Positions 18,768 through 29,894 of a DNA stretch of 64,000 nucleotides are shown here, piece by piece. Source of the DNA: Christensenella sp. UBA6345 (lineage in GTDB: Bacteria > Bacillota > Clostridia > Christensenellales > UBA1242). Location: contig DJSB01000033.1 of NCBI GenBank assembly GCA_002437945.1, positions 16,796 to 80,795 on the forward strand, in the 5' to 3' direction. How positions within the stretch are numbered: position 1 is the first letter of the stretch; each line of letters opens with the position of its first letter. Position numbers and translations under genes: made by a program. The notes below the pieces were generated by a model, which was given only the letters and a program-made list of their open reading frames with translations, made no database searches and was not told where the DNA came from.

Positions 18768-19721
18768 CTATTCTTCATCATTTCGTAAAGATAGTCCGTA
18801 ACTTTGTAATTTTTCGGCTACCTCTTCTAGTGAACGTTTTCCTAAGTTTTTAACTTTTGCAAGATCACTTTCAGACTTTTTAGTTAAGTCTTCAACTGTG
18901 CAAATACCTGCACGTTTTAAACAGTTATAACTTCTTACGGAAAGGTCCATATCTTCTATAGTCATTTCTAATACTTTTGTTTGCTTGTCTTCTTCACGAC
19001 TAACCAATGTTTCCATTTGAGCCATAGAATCTACAAGTTCTACAAATAGTCCAATATGATCATTAACAAGTTTAGCAGAAAGTGAAATAACTTCTCTTGC
19101 AGTTAAAGTTCCGTTAGTTTCAACTTCAATTGTTAATTTATCATAGTCTATATTTTGTCCTACACGTGTATTATTAACGTAGTAGTTAACCTTTTTAATA
19201 GGTGTAAAGATACTATCAACTGCGATATATCCAATTGGAGCATCTTCAACTTTGTTTTGGTCAGCAGGAACATATCCTCTGCCACGTCCAATGAATACTT
19301 CCATTTCGAATTTAGCACCATTGTCTAGAGTAGCAATGTGTAAATCTGGGTTAAGTATTTCTACTTGGTCATTTGGTTCAAAATCTGCGGCGGTAACTTC
19401 GCCAGCACCATATTTGTTTATACGTAATACTGTCTTAAAATCTAGACTTGTGTCAGTAGTTTTTACTGCTAATTGTTTAATATTAAGAACGATATCAACT
19501 ACATCTTCCATAACACCTTTGATGCTTGAAAATTCATGTTGTACACCATTAATTTTAATACCAACTGCAGCAGCACCTGGTAAAGCAGAAAGAAGAACTC
19601 TTCTTAAGCAGTTACCTAAAGTGATACCAAAACCACGATCTAGTGGTTCAACAATAAAACGTGCAAAACATCCGTTATTGGTTTCTTCACAAGTAATTTT
19701 TGGCTTTTCGATTTCTATCAT
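18768..19721 (-). CDS. rpoA: DNA-directed RNA polymerase alpha subunit
   Basis: MIEIEKPKI...FIVEPLDRGFGITLGNCLRRVLLSALPGAA, plus a C-terminal domain with DLSVRSYNCLKRAGI. Confidence 0.95.
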   Translation of the reverse strand: MIEIEKPKITCEETNNGCFARFIVEPLDRGFGITLGNCLRRVLLSALPGAAAVGIKINGVQHEFSSIKGVMEDVVDIVLNIKQLAVKTTDTSLDFKTVLRINKYGAGEVTAADFEPNDQVEILNPDLHIATLDNGAKFEMEVFIGRGRGYVPADQNKVEDAPIGYIAVDSIFTPIKKVNYYVNNTRVGQNIDYDKLTIEVETNGTLTAREVISLSAKLVNDHIGLFVELVDSMAQMETLVSREEDKQTKVLEMTIEDMDLSVRSYNCLKRAGICTVEDLTKKSESDLAKVKNLGKRSLEEVAEKLQSYGLSLRNDEE

Positions 19722-19789
19722 ACGAAAATTTCCTCACTTTGATTATTTTTAATTTAAAAAACAGTTGTGTCAAACATTTAATTAATGGA

Positions 19790-20410
19790 TTATTTAGAGT
19801 ACAACTCAATAATTAAGTGTTCTTGAACGTTCAAGTCAATATCATCTCTTTGTGGTAAAGCGTTAATCTTACCAGTTAGTTTTGTATTATCAAATTCTAA
19901 CCATTTTGGCATAACAACTTTAACATCTTTAAGTTCTTTGAACATTGCTAATTCACGTTTGTTTTCTTTAATTGCAATAACGTCGTCAACATTTACTAGA
20001 TATGAAGGTATATTAACATTCTTACCATTAACAGTAATGTGACCATGGTTAACGATTTGACGGCTTTCAGCACGTGAAGCACCGATACCCATTCTGTATA
20101 CTACATTGTCTAATCTACGTTCTAGTAAAGAAAGCATATTTTCACCAACTTTACCACGCATAGTAGATGCTTTATCATAATATCCACGGAATTGTTTTTC
20201 TTGTAAACCGTAAGCACGTTTAACTTTTTGTTTTTCTCTTAATTGTAAACCATATTCAGTTAATTTCTTTCTAGCAGCACCGTGTACACCTGGTACATTA
20301 GGTCTGCGTTCAAATGAACATTTTTTAGTTAAGCAACGTTCACCCTTTAAAAATAGTTTACAGCCTTCTCTACGACAAATTTTGCAATCTGCACCTGTAT
20401 ATTTTGCCAT
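19790..20410 (-). CDS. rpsD: 30S ribosomal protein S4
   Basis: MAKYTGADCKICRREG... S4 N-terminus with a zinc-type Cys cluster, and operon position. Confidence 0.95.
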   Translation of the reverse strand: MAKYTGADCKICRREGCKLFLKGERCLTKKCSFERRPNVPGVHGAARKKLTEYGLQLREKQKVKRAYGLQEKQFRGYYDKASTMRGKVGENMLSLLERRLDNVVYRMGIGASRAESRQIVNHGHITVNGKNVNIPSYLVNVDDVIAIKENKRELAMFKELKDVKVVMPKWLEFDNTKLTGKINALPQRDDIDLNVQEHLIIELYSK

Positions 20411-20489
20411 AAATAATTTCTCTCCTTAATTTTATTAATTTAAAATTTAATTCTAACTTATAGAATGTATCGTTAATATGTATTATCGA

Positions 20490-20885
20490 CTATACTCTTC
20501 TACGTTTAGGTGGACGACATCCATTATGTGGAATAGGTGAAACGTCCTTAATTGAAGTAACTTCTAGACCAGCAGCCTGTAATGCTCTGATAGCGGTTTC
20601 ACGGCCATTACCTGGTCCTTTAACAAATACTTCAACACTGTTAAGACCTTGGTCTTTAGCAGCCTTTGCAGCATTTTCACTTGCTTGTTGAGCAGCATAT
20701 GGTGTGCTCTTTCTTGATCCACTTAATCCTAGGGAACCAGCGCTACACCAAGATACTGTATTACCAGCATCATCAGTAATTGTAATGATTGTGTTATTGA
20801 AAGATGCTTGGATATGTGCTTGACCTTTATTTAAGTTTTTAGTAACTTTTCTTTTTTTAGTTGTTTTCTTATTAACAGCAGCCAT
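20490..20885 (-). CDS. rpsK: 30S ribosomal protein S11
   Basis: [26 protein letters not shown]...[13 protein letters not shown]. Confidence 0.95.
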   Translation of the reverse strand: MAAVNKKTTKKRKVTKNLNKGQAHIQASFNNTIITITDDAGNTVSWCSAGSLGLSGSRKSTPYAAQQASENAAKAAKDQGLNSVEVFVKGPGNGRETAIRALQAAGLEVTSIKDVSPIPHNGCRPPKRRRV

Positions 20886-20897
20886 TATTTATCTCCT

Positions 20898-21278
20898 TTA
20901 CTTTTTAGTAGCGGTTTTGCCCTTAGAAACAGTTTTCTTTGGACCTTTTCTGGTTCTAGCGTTTTGTTTTGTGTTTTGACCACGAACAGGTAATCCTTTT
21001 CTATGTCTAACACCACGATAGCAACCAATTTCTTGTAAACGTTTGATGTTTAATGAAACTTCACGTTGTAAATCGCCTTCAACTTGGCAATTCTTTTCGA
21101 TGTAAGTTCTAATCGCGTTAACTTCATCTTCGGTTAAATCTTTAACACGAGTATCAGGGTTAACACCTGTAGATTGTAAAATTTTGTTAGAAGTTTGTCT
21201 ACCAATACCATAAACATAAGTTAAACCAATTTCTACTCGTTTATCTTTTGGTAAATCAACACCAGCAATACGTGCCAT
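20898..21278 (-). CDS. rpsM: 30S ribosomal protein S13
   Basis: [26 protein letters not shown]. Confidence 0.95.
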   Translation of the reverse strand: MARIAGVDLPKDKRVEIGLTYVYGIGRQTSNKILQSTGVNPDTRVKDLTEDEVNAIRTYIEKNCQVEGDLQREVSLNIKRLQEIGCYRGVRHRKGLPVRGQNTKQNARTRKGPKKTVSKGKTATKK

Positions 21279-21439
21279 TTTATTCCTCCATTAAATTTAT
21301 AATGTTATATCTTAATTTTGCCCAATTGTTATTGGGACTTTATATATTTAACGCAAAAGGGAACACTTAAATACTTTTAAGCGCAGCCGCCCCTTTTACA
21401 ATTATTTTCAAATTTGAATTTGAAAGTTAAAGTATGTGA

Positions 21440-21556
21440 CTAGCCTTGAACTTGTTTATGTTTAGGATACTTTGAGCAAATAACCATAACTTTTCCATTT
21501 CTTTTAATAACTTTACAACTATCACACATTTTTTTAACAGATGGTCTTACTTTCAT
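21440..21556 (-). CDS. rpmJ: 50S ribosomal protein L36 (zinc type)
   Basis: Hand-translated and absent from the ORF track: [38 protein letters not shown]. It lies between infA and rpsM, as is usual. Confidence 0.9.
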   Translation of the reverse strand: MKVRPSVKKMCDSCKVIKRNGKVMVICSKYPKHKQVQG

Positions 21557-21565
21557 GTTTTCCTC

Positions 21566-21793
21566 CTAGTTTTTAGTTTTTAAACGCCAAACAATTCGGC
21601 CCTTTGTTAGGTCGTATGGCGACATTTCAACTTTTACTTGGTCACCAACCAAAATTCTTATATTGTTAAGATGTAATTTACCGCTTAAGTATGCTGTAAT
21701 TATGAATCCGTTACTTAATTTAACTTTAAATACAGCATTTCTTAATACTTCAACTACTTCACCCTCAATTTCAATTACGTCTGACTTTGACAT
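21566..21793 (-). CDS. infA: Translation initiation factor IF-1
   Basis: [26 protein letters not shown]...[13 protein letters not shown]. Confidence 0.95.
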   Translation of the reverse strand: MSKSDVIEIEGEVVEVLRNAVFKVKLSNGFIITAYLSGKLHLNNIRILVGDQVKVEMSPYDLTKGRIVWRLKTKN

Positions 21794-21808
21794 TAAATAT
21801 TCCTCCGA

Positions 21809-22555
21809 TTATAGGGTTAAAATTTCAACACCATCTTCAGTAATCAAAATAGTGTTTTCGTAATGTGCTGCAGGCATACCATCTTGGGTTTTACAAGTCC
21901 AGCCATCAGGCATAAATTGTACATACCTACTTCCCATGTTAACCATAGGTTCAACGGCAATAACCATATTTTTAACCAATTTTGCTCCAGATCCTGCTTT
22001 TCCATAATTAGGAACATATGGATCTTCATGCATATCAGTTCCAACACCATGTCCGGTAAGTTCTCTTACTATAGAAAAACCATTCTTTTCTACATAAGTT
22101 TGTACTTGGTGAGATATATCACCTACAAAATTACCAGCACGAATATTCTTAATACCTTCAAAAAAACTTTCTTTGGTAACATCAATAAGTTTCTTTAACT
22201 TTGCATCTATCTTTCCTACTGGGAAAGTTCGAGCAGCATCACCATGATAACCTTTGTAACAAGCACCTACATCAATACTGATTATGTCGCCTTCTTGTAG
22301 AATACGATGTTTACTAGGAATACCGTGTACAATTTCGTCATTAATTGAAGCACAAATTGTAGCAGGATAACCTTCATAACCTTTAAATGATGGTTTAGCG
22401 CCTAAACTTACTATGTAATCATAGGCTATTTTATCTAGTTGTTTGGTTGATACACCTGGTTTAATATGTTTTTCAACTTCCAATAATGTATCTCTTGTCA
22501 TTCTGCAGGCAACTCTTTGGATTTCAAGTTCTGCATCAGTTTTTATTTTAATCAT
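21809..22555 (-). CDS. map: Methionine aminopeptidase type I
   Basis: Type I MetAP motifs (DIISIDVGA, HGVG, MVIAVEP, AHYENT) and position after adk. Confidence 0.9.
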   Translation of the reverse strand: MIKIKTDAELEIQRVACRMTRDTLLEVEKHIKPGVSTKQLDKIAYDYIVSLGAKPSFKGYEGYPATICASINDEIVHGIPSKHRILQEGDIISIDVGACYKGYHGDAARTFPVGKIDAKLKKLIDVTKESFFEGIKNIRAGNFVGDISHQVQTYVEKNGFSIVRELTGHGVGTDMHEDPYVPNYGKAGSGAKLVKNMVIAVEPMVNMGSRYVQFMPDGWTCKTQDGMPAAHYENTILITEDGVEILTL

Positions 22556-22565
22556 ATTTTGCCTT

Positions 22566-23183
22566 CTATTTTTTAATTACTTCGTCTATTAATGCAAAAG
22601 TTTTTTCAACAACATTAGTAGACTCTATACTATAGAAAATGCCTTTGTTTTCGTAAAACTCAATCATTTCTTTAGAAATGTCTTGTTTTTCTAAACGATT
22701 TTTTATAATTTCTGGTTTATCATCATCTCTTTGATAAACCTCGCCTCCACACTTTTCGCATTTTCCATCAACTAACCACTCTACTCTTGTAGGTTGATTA
22801 CATTGTGAACACATTCTTCTATTAGACAATCTAGCAATAATGATATCTTCACTTATGTTAATCATAATAACTTTATCTAATGTAGTAATTGTATCAAGTG
22901 CATGGGCTTGTTGAATATTACGTGGATAGCCATCTAGAATAAATCCGTTACGACAATCGTCTTTACTTAATCTATCTTCGACCATTTCAAATGTAATATC
23001 TTCAGGAACTAGTTCGCCTTTTTCAATATATGGCTTAACAAGTTGTCCTAATTGTGTATTGTTTTTTATGTTCCATCTAAATATCTCACCAGTAGATATA
23101 TGTGGAATATTGTATTTTTCACTTATAAGTGCGGCTTGTGTACCTTTACCGCTACCAACTGGACCCATAAGAAGTAGTTTCAT
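22566..23183 (-). CDS. adk: Adenylate kinase (zinc-lid type)
   Basis: MKLLLMGPVGSGKGTQA P-loop. The lid has CSQC...CEKC. Confidence 0.95.
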   Translation of the reverse strand: MKLLLMGPVGSGKGTQAALISEKYNIPHISTGEIFRWNIKNNTQLGQLVKPYIEKGELVPEDITFEMVEDRLSKDDCRNGFILDGYPRNIQQAHALDTITTLDKVIMINISEDIIIARLSNRRMCSQCNQPTRVEWLVDGKCEKCGGEVYQRDDDKPEIIKNRLEKQDISKEMIEFYENKGIFYSIESTNVVEKTFALIDEVIKK

Positions 23184-23257
23184 AGTTTCTCCTTGAATTT
23201 TAGTTTAATAGCACTTCTTTCAACTCACCCCATAATGGGCGAGTTGATTGAAACTTA

Positions 23258-24550
23258 CTATTTTAAAAATCCTCTATAATTACGTGCTTTCATCTGTACA
23301 TCTAGTGCATTGTTAATTTCAATAGCAACTGATACTACGATAAGTAGTCCAGTAGCACTAAATGCTGATACTAAACCACCATTACCAATACCTTTGAATA
23401 TCAAACTTGGAATGATAGCAATAATAGCAAGGAATACAGCACCAAATAGTGTGATTCTATTAGAAATTCTTCTTAAATAATCAGCGGTTGGCTTTCCAGC
23501 CCTAACAGTTGGAATAAATCCACCGTTTTGCTGAATATTTCTTGCGATATCGTCTGGATTAAATGTTACTTGTGTCCAGAAATATGCAAAGAATAAAATC
23601 AATAAACCAACAGCCACAATATATACCCAACTACCTGCACCTAACCATTGAGAATACCAAACGTATGCTTTACTATTAGGCCAGAATATACTCATAAGTA
23701 ATTGTGGGAATGTTAGTAAACTCATTGCAAAAATTATTGGCATAACCCCAGTAGAGTTAACTCTAATAGGAATATATGTGCTTTGACCGCCATACATTTT
23801 TCTACCTTTAATTTGTTTTGCATACTGAACAGGTATCTTTCTTTCAGCGGTATCCATAAATACTATAAATCCGAAGATTAATACTAAAGCGATTAAGAAT
23901 ACTACTAATTGAATAATATTAGAATAAGTACCTTTAAATATCTCGCTAATAGTAGCAAATATTGATGTACCTGCTGATGATAGAATACCAACAAAAATTA
24001 ATAATGATAGACCATTACTAATACCTAATTCGGTAATACGGTCACCCAACCAATATGTGAACATTGAGCCAGCAATTAATATAATTGAAACCAATGTACC
24101 AATAATCCAAGTTGGAGTATCATAACCGAACATATGTGTATTAAGACAGTCTTTATAAGATATAACAATCGCAACTGCTTGTGCAATAGCCAAAACTAAA
24201 GCACAAATTTTTGTGTAGAAACTAATACGTTTTCTACCTTCTTCTCCCTGTTTAGACAATCTTTCTAGACTTGGGATTGCAATAGTTAATAGTTGGATAA
24301 TGATTGAAGCACTAATATATGGTGATATACCTAATGCTAGGATAGCACCTTGTGATAATGCTCCACCACTAATCGAACTAATAAGGGACAAGAAATCTTG
24401 TGAACCTATTGCTTTAGAAAATTCGGATAACATTAATCCTGGAACTGGTAGCCAGCATCCAACTCTATAAATGAGTAAAAGTCCTAAAGTAATAAGAATC
24501 TTATTTCTGATTTCTTTAACCTTAAAGGCGTTTACTATGGTTTTAAACAT
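23258..24550 (-). CDS. secY: Preprotein translocase subunit SecY
   Basis: 430-aa, 10-TM-type protein with a conserved SecY N-terminus (KEIRNKILITLGLLLIYRVG). It follows rplO. Confidence 0.95.
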   Translation of the reverse strand: MFKTIVNAFKVKEIRNKILITLGLLLIYRVGCWLPVPGLMLSEFSKAIGSQDFLSLISSISGGALSQGAILALGISPYISASIIIQLLTIAIPSLERLSKQGEEGRKRISFYTKICALVLAIAQAVAIVISYKDCLNTHMFGYDTPTWIIGTLVSIILIAGSMFTYWLGDRITELGISNGLSLLIFVGILSSAGTSIFATISEIFKGTYSNIIQLVVFLIALVLIFGFIVFMDTAERKIPVQYAKQIKGRKMYGGQSTYIPIRVNSTGVMPIIFAMSLLTFPQLLMSIFWPNSKAYVWYSQWLGAGSWVYIVAVGLLILFFAYFWTQVTFNPDDIARNIQQNGGFIPTVRAGKPTADYLRRISNRITLFGAVFLAIIAIIPSLIFKGIGNGGLVSAFSATGLLIVVSVAIEINNALDVQMKARNYRGFLK

Positions 24551-24996
24551 TATAGAACCTCAGCTTTTCCACCAGCCTTATTGATTTTTTGTATTGCAGA
24601 TTCTGTAAATTTATTTGCTTTAACAGTTAAAGCCTTTTCCAATTTTCCATTTCCTAATACTTTCAATCCATAAGGGGCAAGTTTATTAATAATATTTTTT
24701 TCTTGTAGTAATTCAACTGTAACAACAGTTTTATCTTCGAATACATTCAAATCGCTAACATTAATAATTGTATATTCTGCAGCGAATCTCTTATTATTAA
24801 AGCCTCTTTTTGGAAGACGACGGATAAGTGGCATTTGACCACCTTCAAACCCAGGTCTAACACCACCGCCACTACGTGCGTTTTGTCCTTTATGACCTTT
24901 TCCGCTGGTTTTACCAAGCCCAGAACCTATTCCACGACCAATTCTTCTTCTGGTTGTTGTAGAATTTAGAGCAGGAGACATTTGATTAAGTTTCAT
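24550..24996 (-). CDS. rplO: 50S ribosomal protein L15
   Basis: MKLNQMSPA...[19 protein letters not shown]. Confidence 0.95.
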   Translation of the reverse strand: MKLNQMSPALNSTTTRRRIGRGIGSGLGKTSGKGHKGQNARSGGGVRPGFEGGQMPLIRRLPKRGFNNKRFAAEYTIINVSDLNVFEDKTVVTVELLQEKNIINKLAPYGLKVLGNGKLEKALTVKANKFTESAIQKINKAGGKAEVL

Positions 24997-25010
24997 AACT
25001 CTTTTCCTCC

Positions 25011-25397
25011 TTAAATCTCTTCAACTTTAACTAGGTGTTTAACTGTGAATATCATACCTCTGATAGCCTCGTTATCAACCAAGTCGTTGTGAGAATTTAC
25101 TTTATTTAGACCTAGGGCCTTTACTGTTTTTACTTGGTTAGGTTTGCAAGCGATTGCAGATCTAATCAATGTAACTCTTAATTTTTTGTTACTTTCTTTT
25201 TTAGTAACTTTTTTAGGTGCGTTTTTAACTTCAGTAACTACTTCAGTTTTTGGTTCAACTACTTTTTTAGCAGCAGTTGCTTTGGTTGTTGTAGATTTTT
25301 TAGTTGTTGTAGTTTTTGCTGCTGTTTTAGTAGCAGTTTTGGTTGTTTTTGTAACTTTTTCTTCTGTTACTTTTTTAGTTGTCTTTGTTTCTGCCAT
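25011..25397 (-). CDS. rpmD: 50S ribosomal protein L30 with a ~70-aa K/T/A-rich N-terminal extension
   Basis: The C-terminal 58 aa ([26 protein letters not shown]...) are a normal L30. The N-terminal part is low-complexity TKKxT repeats. Confidence 0.85.
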   Translation of the reverse strand: MAETKTTKKVTEEKVTKTTKTATKTAAKTTTTKKSTTTKATAAKKVVEPKTEVVTEVKNAPKKVTKKESNKKLRVTLIRSAIACKPNQVKTVKALGLNKVNSHNDLVDNEAIRGMIFTVKHLVKVEEI

Positions 25398-25407
25398 TAT
25401 AATTCTC

Positions 25408-25950
25408 CTATAGTATTTCTTCTACAGTTTTTCCACGTAAAGCAGCAATGTCTTCTTTAGAACGAAGTTGCATTAAACCATCTAATGTTGCTCTTACGCA
25501 GTTAATTTTGTTTCTAGAACCATAAATTTTTGCAGTAATATCCTTAATACCACAAAGTTCAACAACTGGACGAACTGAACCACCAGCAATAACACCAGAA
25601 CCTTCCTTAGATGGAAGTAAAACTACTCTACATTTACCAAATTTACCGATTACTTCGTGTGGAATTGTTGTTCCTTCAGTAGCAATCTTAACCATATTTT
25701 TCTTTGCACGTGCTGTTGCTTTTTCAATAGCATTAGGAACTTCAGCAGCCTTACCTGTACCAACTCCTACTTTACCATTCTTATCACCAACAACAATAAG
25801 TGCAGCAAAACGCATTGTTCTACCACCCTTAACAACCTTAGTTACACGATTAACATTAACAAGTTTTTTGTCAAGTCCATCATTTTCTACTACTTTAGGT
25901 TGACGGCGTGGATTTAACTTTCTCTCTTTCTTTTCGTTATTTTGTTGCAT
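25408..25950 (-). CDS. rpsE: 30S ribosomal protein S5
   Basis: [26 protein letters not shown]. Confidence 0.95.
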   Translation of the reverse strand: MQQNNEKKERKLNPRRQPKVVENDGLDKKLVNVNRVTKVVKGGRTMRFAALIVVGDKNGKVGVGTGKAAEVPNAIEKATARAKKNMVKIATEGTTIPHEVIGKFGKCRVVLLPSKEGSGVIAGGSVRPVVELCGIKDITAKIYGSRNKINCVRATLDGLMQLRSKEDIAALRGKTVEEIL

Positions 25951-25962
25951 AACACACCTCTT

Positions 25963-26331
25963 TTAAAACTCTAAACCTGCATTTCTAGCACCATCAGCAA
26001 GTGCACTAACACGGCCAGTATAAAGGTATCCTGCTCTGTCAAATACAACAGCCTTAACACCTTTCTTCATAGCAGCTTTAGCAACACATTCACCAACGAT
26101 GAAAGCAGCTTCTTTTTTAGATTTTCCTTCAATTAGTTTAACAACATCTTTTTGCATTGTGTTAGCACTTGCAATAGTAGTACCATTGTCATCATTGATA
26201 ACTTGTGCATAGATGTGATTTAAACTTCTATAAACGCTTAATCTTGGACGTGCTTCTGTACCGTGAATATTCTTTCTAACACGTAGACTACGTTTTTTTC
26301 TAAGTTCGTTTTTATTATCTTTATTAATCAT
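25963..26331 (-). CDS. rplR: 50S ribosomal protein L18
   Basis: [34 protein letters not shown]. Confidence 0.95.
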   Translation of the reverse strand: MINKDNKNELRKKRSLRVRKNIHGTEARPRLSVYRSLNHIYAQVINDDNGTTIASANTMQKDVVKLIEGKSKKEAAFIVGECVAKAAMKKGVKAVVFDRAGYLYTGRVSALADGARNAGLEF

Positions 26332-26343
26332 AACTTATACCTC

Positions 26344-26880
26344 TTACTTCTTACCGCTCTTGATTTCTTTACGTCTTACGGTTTCATCAGCATAATATAC
26401 ACCATAAGCATGGTATGGTTCAACTGGTCTTAAATCACGGATACGAGCAGCGAATTGTCCAACCTTTTCTTTATCTATTCCATTAACGGTAACAGAGTCT
26501 TTATCGCAAGATAATGTAATACCTTCTTCGGCTTTAACTAGTATAGGATGTGAATAACCCAAACCTAATTCAACATCGTTGCCTTTCATAACTGCTTTGT
26601 AACCAACACCGTTGATTTTTAAAGTTTTTGAAAAACCTTGTGATACACCAATAACCATATTATTGATTAATTGACGATACAAACCATGTCTAACATTAGA
26701 TTCTTTTTCTGTACCATTATTAACGACTTTGATTTCGTTATTTTCAACATTAACAGCAATATCGCTAGTAATGTTACGAGTTAAAGTTCCTTTAGGTCCT
26801 TTAACTGTAATTTCGGTACCATTAACTAGTACTTCAACGCCAGCAGGTAAATTAATAGGATTTTTTCCAATTCTTGACAT
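26344..26880 (-). CDS. rplF: 50S ribosomal protein L6
   Basis: MSRIGKNPINLPAGVEV. The start is set at ATG 26880, behind a GGAGG RBS; the ORF-track start at 26898 is probably too long. Confidence 0.95.
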   Translation of the reverse strand: MSRIGKNPINLPAGVEVLVNGTEITVKGPKGTLTRNITSDIAVNVENNEIKVVNNGTEKESNVRHGLYRQLINNMVIGVSQGFSKTLKINGVGYKAVMKGNDVELGLGYSHPILVKAEEGITLSCDKDSVTVNGIDKEKVGQFAARIRDLRPVEPYHAYGVYYADETVRRKEIKSGKK

Positions 26881-26891
26881 ATTAATCCTCC

Positions 26892-27287
26892 TTACCAAAC
26901 GTAAGCAAGTACTTCGCCACCGATTTTTTGTTCGCGAGCTTGCTTGTCTGTCATTAAACCTTTGCTTGTAGAAACGATAGCAATACCTAGTCCATTAAGA
27001 ACTCTTGGTAGGTCTTCGTAACTAGCATAAATTCTTAAACCTGGTTTAGAAATTCTCTTTAAACCATTAATTACTTTTTGATTGTTAGGGCCATATTTTA
27101 AGTCAATAACGATTGAACTTTTAGCACCTTCAGTTACTGAATAATTTTCTATGTAACCTTCATTTTTAAGTAAATCAGCGATAGCTAATTTCATCTTGCT
27201 AGCTGGAACAGTAACGGTTTTATGTTTTACTGTTAAAGCATTACGCATACGAGTAAGCATATCTGCTATTGGATCTGTAGTAATCAT
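26892..27287 (-). CDS. rpsH: 30S ribosomal protein S8
   Basis: [17 protein letters not shown]. The start is at ATG 27287, behind a GGAGG RBS. Confidence 0.95.
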   Translation of the reverse strand: MITTDPIADMLTRMRNALTVKHKTVTVPASKMKLAIADLLKNEGYIENYSVTEGAKSSIVIDLKYGPNNQKVINGLKRISKPGLRIYASYEDLPRVLNGLGIAIVSTSKGLMTDKQAREQKIGGEVLAYVW

Positions 27288-27301
27288 AATAAAACCTCCT
27301 C

Positions 27302-27487
27302 TTACCAACTACTCTTTTTCACACCAGGGATCTCGCCTTTGTATGCAAGTTCTCTGAAGCAGATTCTGCAAATGCCATATTTTTTAAGCACTGAATGTGG
27401 TCTGCCACAAAGTTTGCAACGAGTATATTCTCTAGTAGAAAACTTTTGAGTTTTGCTTTGTTTTTCTTTTAATGCTTTCTTTGCCAT
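27302..27487 (-). CDS. rpsN: 30S ribosomal protein S14 type Z (zinc-binding, 61 aa)
   Basis: [25 protein letters not shown]. Confidence 0.95.
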   Translation of the reverse strand: MAKKALKEKQSKTQKFSTREYTRCKLCGRPHSVLKKYGICRICFRELAYKGEIPGVKKSSW

Positions 27488-27504
27488 ATTATCCTCCCAA
27501 CAAC

Positions 27505-28056
27505 CTAAGCCTTGAATGGTAAGCCAATTTTTTCTAATAAAGCCTTGGCTTCCTTATCAGTTTTTGCTGTTGTAACTATTACGATATCTAAACCTCTAAC
27601 TTTATCAATTTTCTCGAAACTAATTTCTGGGAAAACTAATTGTTCGGTTAATCCCAATGCGTAATTACCCTTACCATCAAATGCTTTTGGGTTAATACCT
27701 TGGAAATCTCTAACTCTTGGAAGAGCGATAGAAATAAGTTTGTCCAAGAATTCGTACATTGTTTCGCCACGAAGGGTAACTTTTGCACCAATCTTCATAC
27801 CTTCTCTTAACTTAAAGTTAGCGATAGATTTTCTAGATGTTGTTACAACTGGCTTTTGTCCGGTGATAGCAGCCAATTCGTCAACCGCTTTATTGAACGC
27901 TTGAGTATTGTCTTTGCAGTCGCCTAAGCCACGGTTTACAACTACTTTTTCAATTTTAGGAACAGCGTTTACATTAGTGTAACCTAATTCCTTTTCTAAT
28001 GCAGGAATTACGTTTTTGATGTAATGTTCATGTAATCTATTAAGTTCTCTTTCCAT
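27505..28056 (-). CDS. rplE: 50S ribosomal protein L5
   Basis: [37 protein letters not shown]. Confidence 0.95.
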   Translation of the reverse strand: MERELNRLHEHYIKNVIPALEKELGYTNVNAVPKIEKVVVNRGLGDCKDNTQAFNKAVDELAAITGQKPVVTTSRKSIANFKLREGMKIGAKVTLRGETMYEFLDKLISIALPRVRDFQGINPKAFDGKGNYALGLTEQLVFPEISFEKIDKVRGLDIVIVTTAKTDKEAKALLEKIGLPFKA

Positions 28057-28067
28057 AACATAACTCC

Positions 28068-28556
28068 TTATACTTTTTCAGCAGTCTTTCTTACTGCAGT
28101 CTTTGTTGTTGTGGTTTTTGCGGTTTTTGTAGCAGATGCTGTCTTTTTAGGAGCAGTCTTTTTAGCAGGTTTTTCTGCTTTAGTTGCTTCTACAACTTTC
28201 TTATCTGCTTTTTTAGTTTCTTTTTTAATAGTTACGGCCTTATCTAGACTTGCACCGCAATGTTTACAAATTCTAACTTTCTTTCCGTCAACTTCTTTAT
28301 TTGCAATTCTGGTTGCTTTTTTGCAAGCAGGGCAAACAACTTGAACATTAGAAGCGTTAATCTTACCTTCTTTTTTAATGATTCCGCCTTGTTCTTGTGC
28401 ATTTCTTGCTTTTTTGTGTTTGTTAATAATATTAACTTTTTCAACAACAACAGCATTTTCAGAAGGCATTGCACTTAAAACTTTACCAGTTTTACCTTTG
28501 TCTTTACCAGCAATTACAACAACTGTATCGCCTTTTTTAACATGTAAATTTGCCAT
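28068..28556 (-). CDS. rplX: 50S ribosomal protein L24 with an embedded CxxC...CxxC ribbon and a ~55-aa K/A/T-rich C-terminal tail
   Basis: [29 protein letters not shown] motif. It also has CPACKK...CKHCG and a tail [38 protein letters not shown]. Confidence 0.9.
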   Translation of the reverse strand: MANLHVKKGDTVVVIAGKDKGKTGKVLSAMPSENAVVVEKVNIINKHKKARNAQEQGGIIKKEGKINASNVQVVCPACKKATRIANKEVDGKKVRICKHCGASLDKAVTIKKETKKADKKVVEATKAEKPAKKTAPKKTASATKTAKTTTTKTAVRKTAEKV

Positions 28557-28565
28557 AATACCCTC

Positions 28566-28934
28566 CTATAATACTTCTGGAGCAAGGGAAATAATCTTCA
28601 TGTAACCCTTATCTCTTAATTCTCTTGCTATTGGTCCGAAAATACGTGTACCTTTAGGTTGTTTTTGATTGTCAATAATAACGGCTGCATTGTCATCAAA
28701 TTTAACGTAAGTACCATCAGGACGTCTAACACCCTTACTTGTTCTAACGATAACTGCTTTAACAACATCACCTTTCTTAACAACTCCACCTGGAGTAGCA
28801 GATTTAACAGAAGCAACAATTATGTCACCAATGTTACCGCTTCTTCTAAAAGAGCCACCCAAAACGCGAATACACATAATTTGTTTAGCGCCTGTATTAT
28901 CAGCAACTTTTAATCTTGTTTGTGGTTGTACCAT
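28566..28934 (-). CDS. rplN: 50S ribosomal protein L14
   Basis: [27 protein letters not shown]. Confidence 0.95.
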   Translation of the reverse strand: MVQPQTRLKVADNTGAKQIMCIRVLGGSFRRSGNIGDIIVASVKSATPGGVVKKGDVVKAVIVRTSKGVRRPDGTYVKFDDNAAVIIDNQKQPKGTRIFGPIARELRDKGYMKIISLAPEVL

Positions 28935-28944
28935 AATTTACTCC

Positions 28945-29214
28945 TTATTTTGCTCTCTCTATAATTCTTAATACTCTGAAATATTTATCCTTGCTTAGTG
29001 GGCGAGTTTCCATAATTTCTACTGTATCACCAATACCGCATTCGTTCTTTTCATCATGTGCTTTGAACTTTGTGGTTTGTTTATAAACTTTTCCGTAGAT
29101 AGGATGTCTTTTGTTTTCAACGCAAGCAATAACAACAGTTTTGTCCATTTTGTTACTTACAACAACACCTGTACGAGTTCTACGAGCGTTTCTATTTAAT
29201 GTTTCGTTACTCAT
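28945..29214 (-). CDS. rpsQ: 30S ribosomal protein S17
   Basis: [32 protein letters not shown]. Confidence 0.95.
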   Translation of the reverse strand: MSNETLNRNARRTRTGVVVSNKMDKTVVIACVENKRHPIYGKVYKQTTKFKAHDEKNECGIGDTVEIMETRPLSKDKYFRVLRIIERAK

Positions 29215-29229
29215 ATAATCCTCCTAAGC

Positions 29230-29436
29230 CTAAGCATTTCCTTCAGATTTTTGTGCACGTTCTGTCAAAATTGTATTAACTCTGGCAATATCTTTCTTGC
29301 ACTTATTTAATTGCATTGGGTTTGTTAATTGACCTGTTGCATGTGAAAAACGAAGGTTAAAAAGTTCTTGTTTAAGACTTTTTAATTTAGCATTAAGCTC
29401 CTCGTTGGTCATTTCTCTTAATTCTTTCGCTTTCAT
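29230..29436 (-). CDS. rpmC: 50S ribosomal protein L29
   Basis: [30 protein letters not shown]. Confidence 0.95.
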   Translation of the reverse strand: MKAKELREMTNEELNAKLKSLKQELFNLRFSHATGQLTNPMQLNKCKKDIARVNTILTERAQKSEGNA

Positions 29437-29894
29437 TATTCAGCACCACCTTCAATAGTTTGTTTAGGTGCAGCAGCATTTTCTAAATCAGCCTTGGACA
29501 CAAACTTGGTTTTGCAAGGAAGTTTGTGAGCAGCAAGTCTTAATGCTTCTCTAGCTGTTTCTTCGGTTACTTCACCTAATTCAAATAACACTCTACCTGG
29601 TTTAACAACAGCAACCCAAAATTCAGTGTTACCTTTACCTTTACCCATTCTAACCTCGGCAGGTTTTTTGGTTACTGGTTTGTGTGGGAAAATATTTATC
29701 CATAATTTACCACCACGTTTTGTATAACGAGAAATTGCAATTCTGGCAGCCTCAATTTGATTACCTGTCATCCAGCAAGGTTCGGTAGCAACTAATCCAT
29801 ATTCGCCATAAGCGATTTTGTTACCACGTGTAGCCTTACCTGTCATTCTGCCACGGAACTGTTTTCTGTGTTTAGCTCTCTTAGGCAATAACAT
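29436..29894 (-). CDS. rplP: 50S ribosomal protein L16
   Basis: [20 protein letters not shown] 29894 has proper spacing from the GGAGG RBS, whereas the ORF-track ATG 29900 is only 2 nt from it. Confidence 0.95.
   Translation of the reverse strand: MLLPKRAKHRKQFRGRMTGKATRGNKIAYGEYGLVATEPCWMTGNQIEAARIAISRYTKRGGKLWINIFPHKPVTKKPAEVRMGKGKGNTEFWVAVVKPGRVLFELGEVTEETAREALRLAAHKLPCKTKFVSKADLENAAAPKQTIEGGAE

Noticed and set aside
23184-23257. GC-rich hairpin (CAACTCGCCC...GGGGTGAGTTG) between secY and adk
   Set aside because: It is a plain intercistronic stem-loop without a U-run. It is most likely an mRNA processing or stability element, and nothing further distinguishes it.
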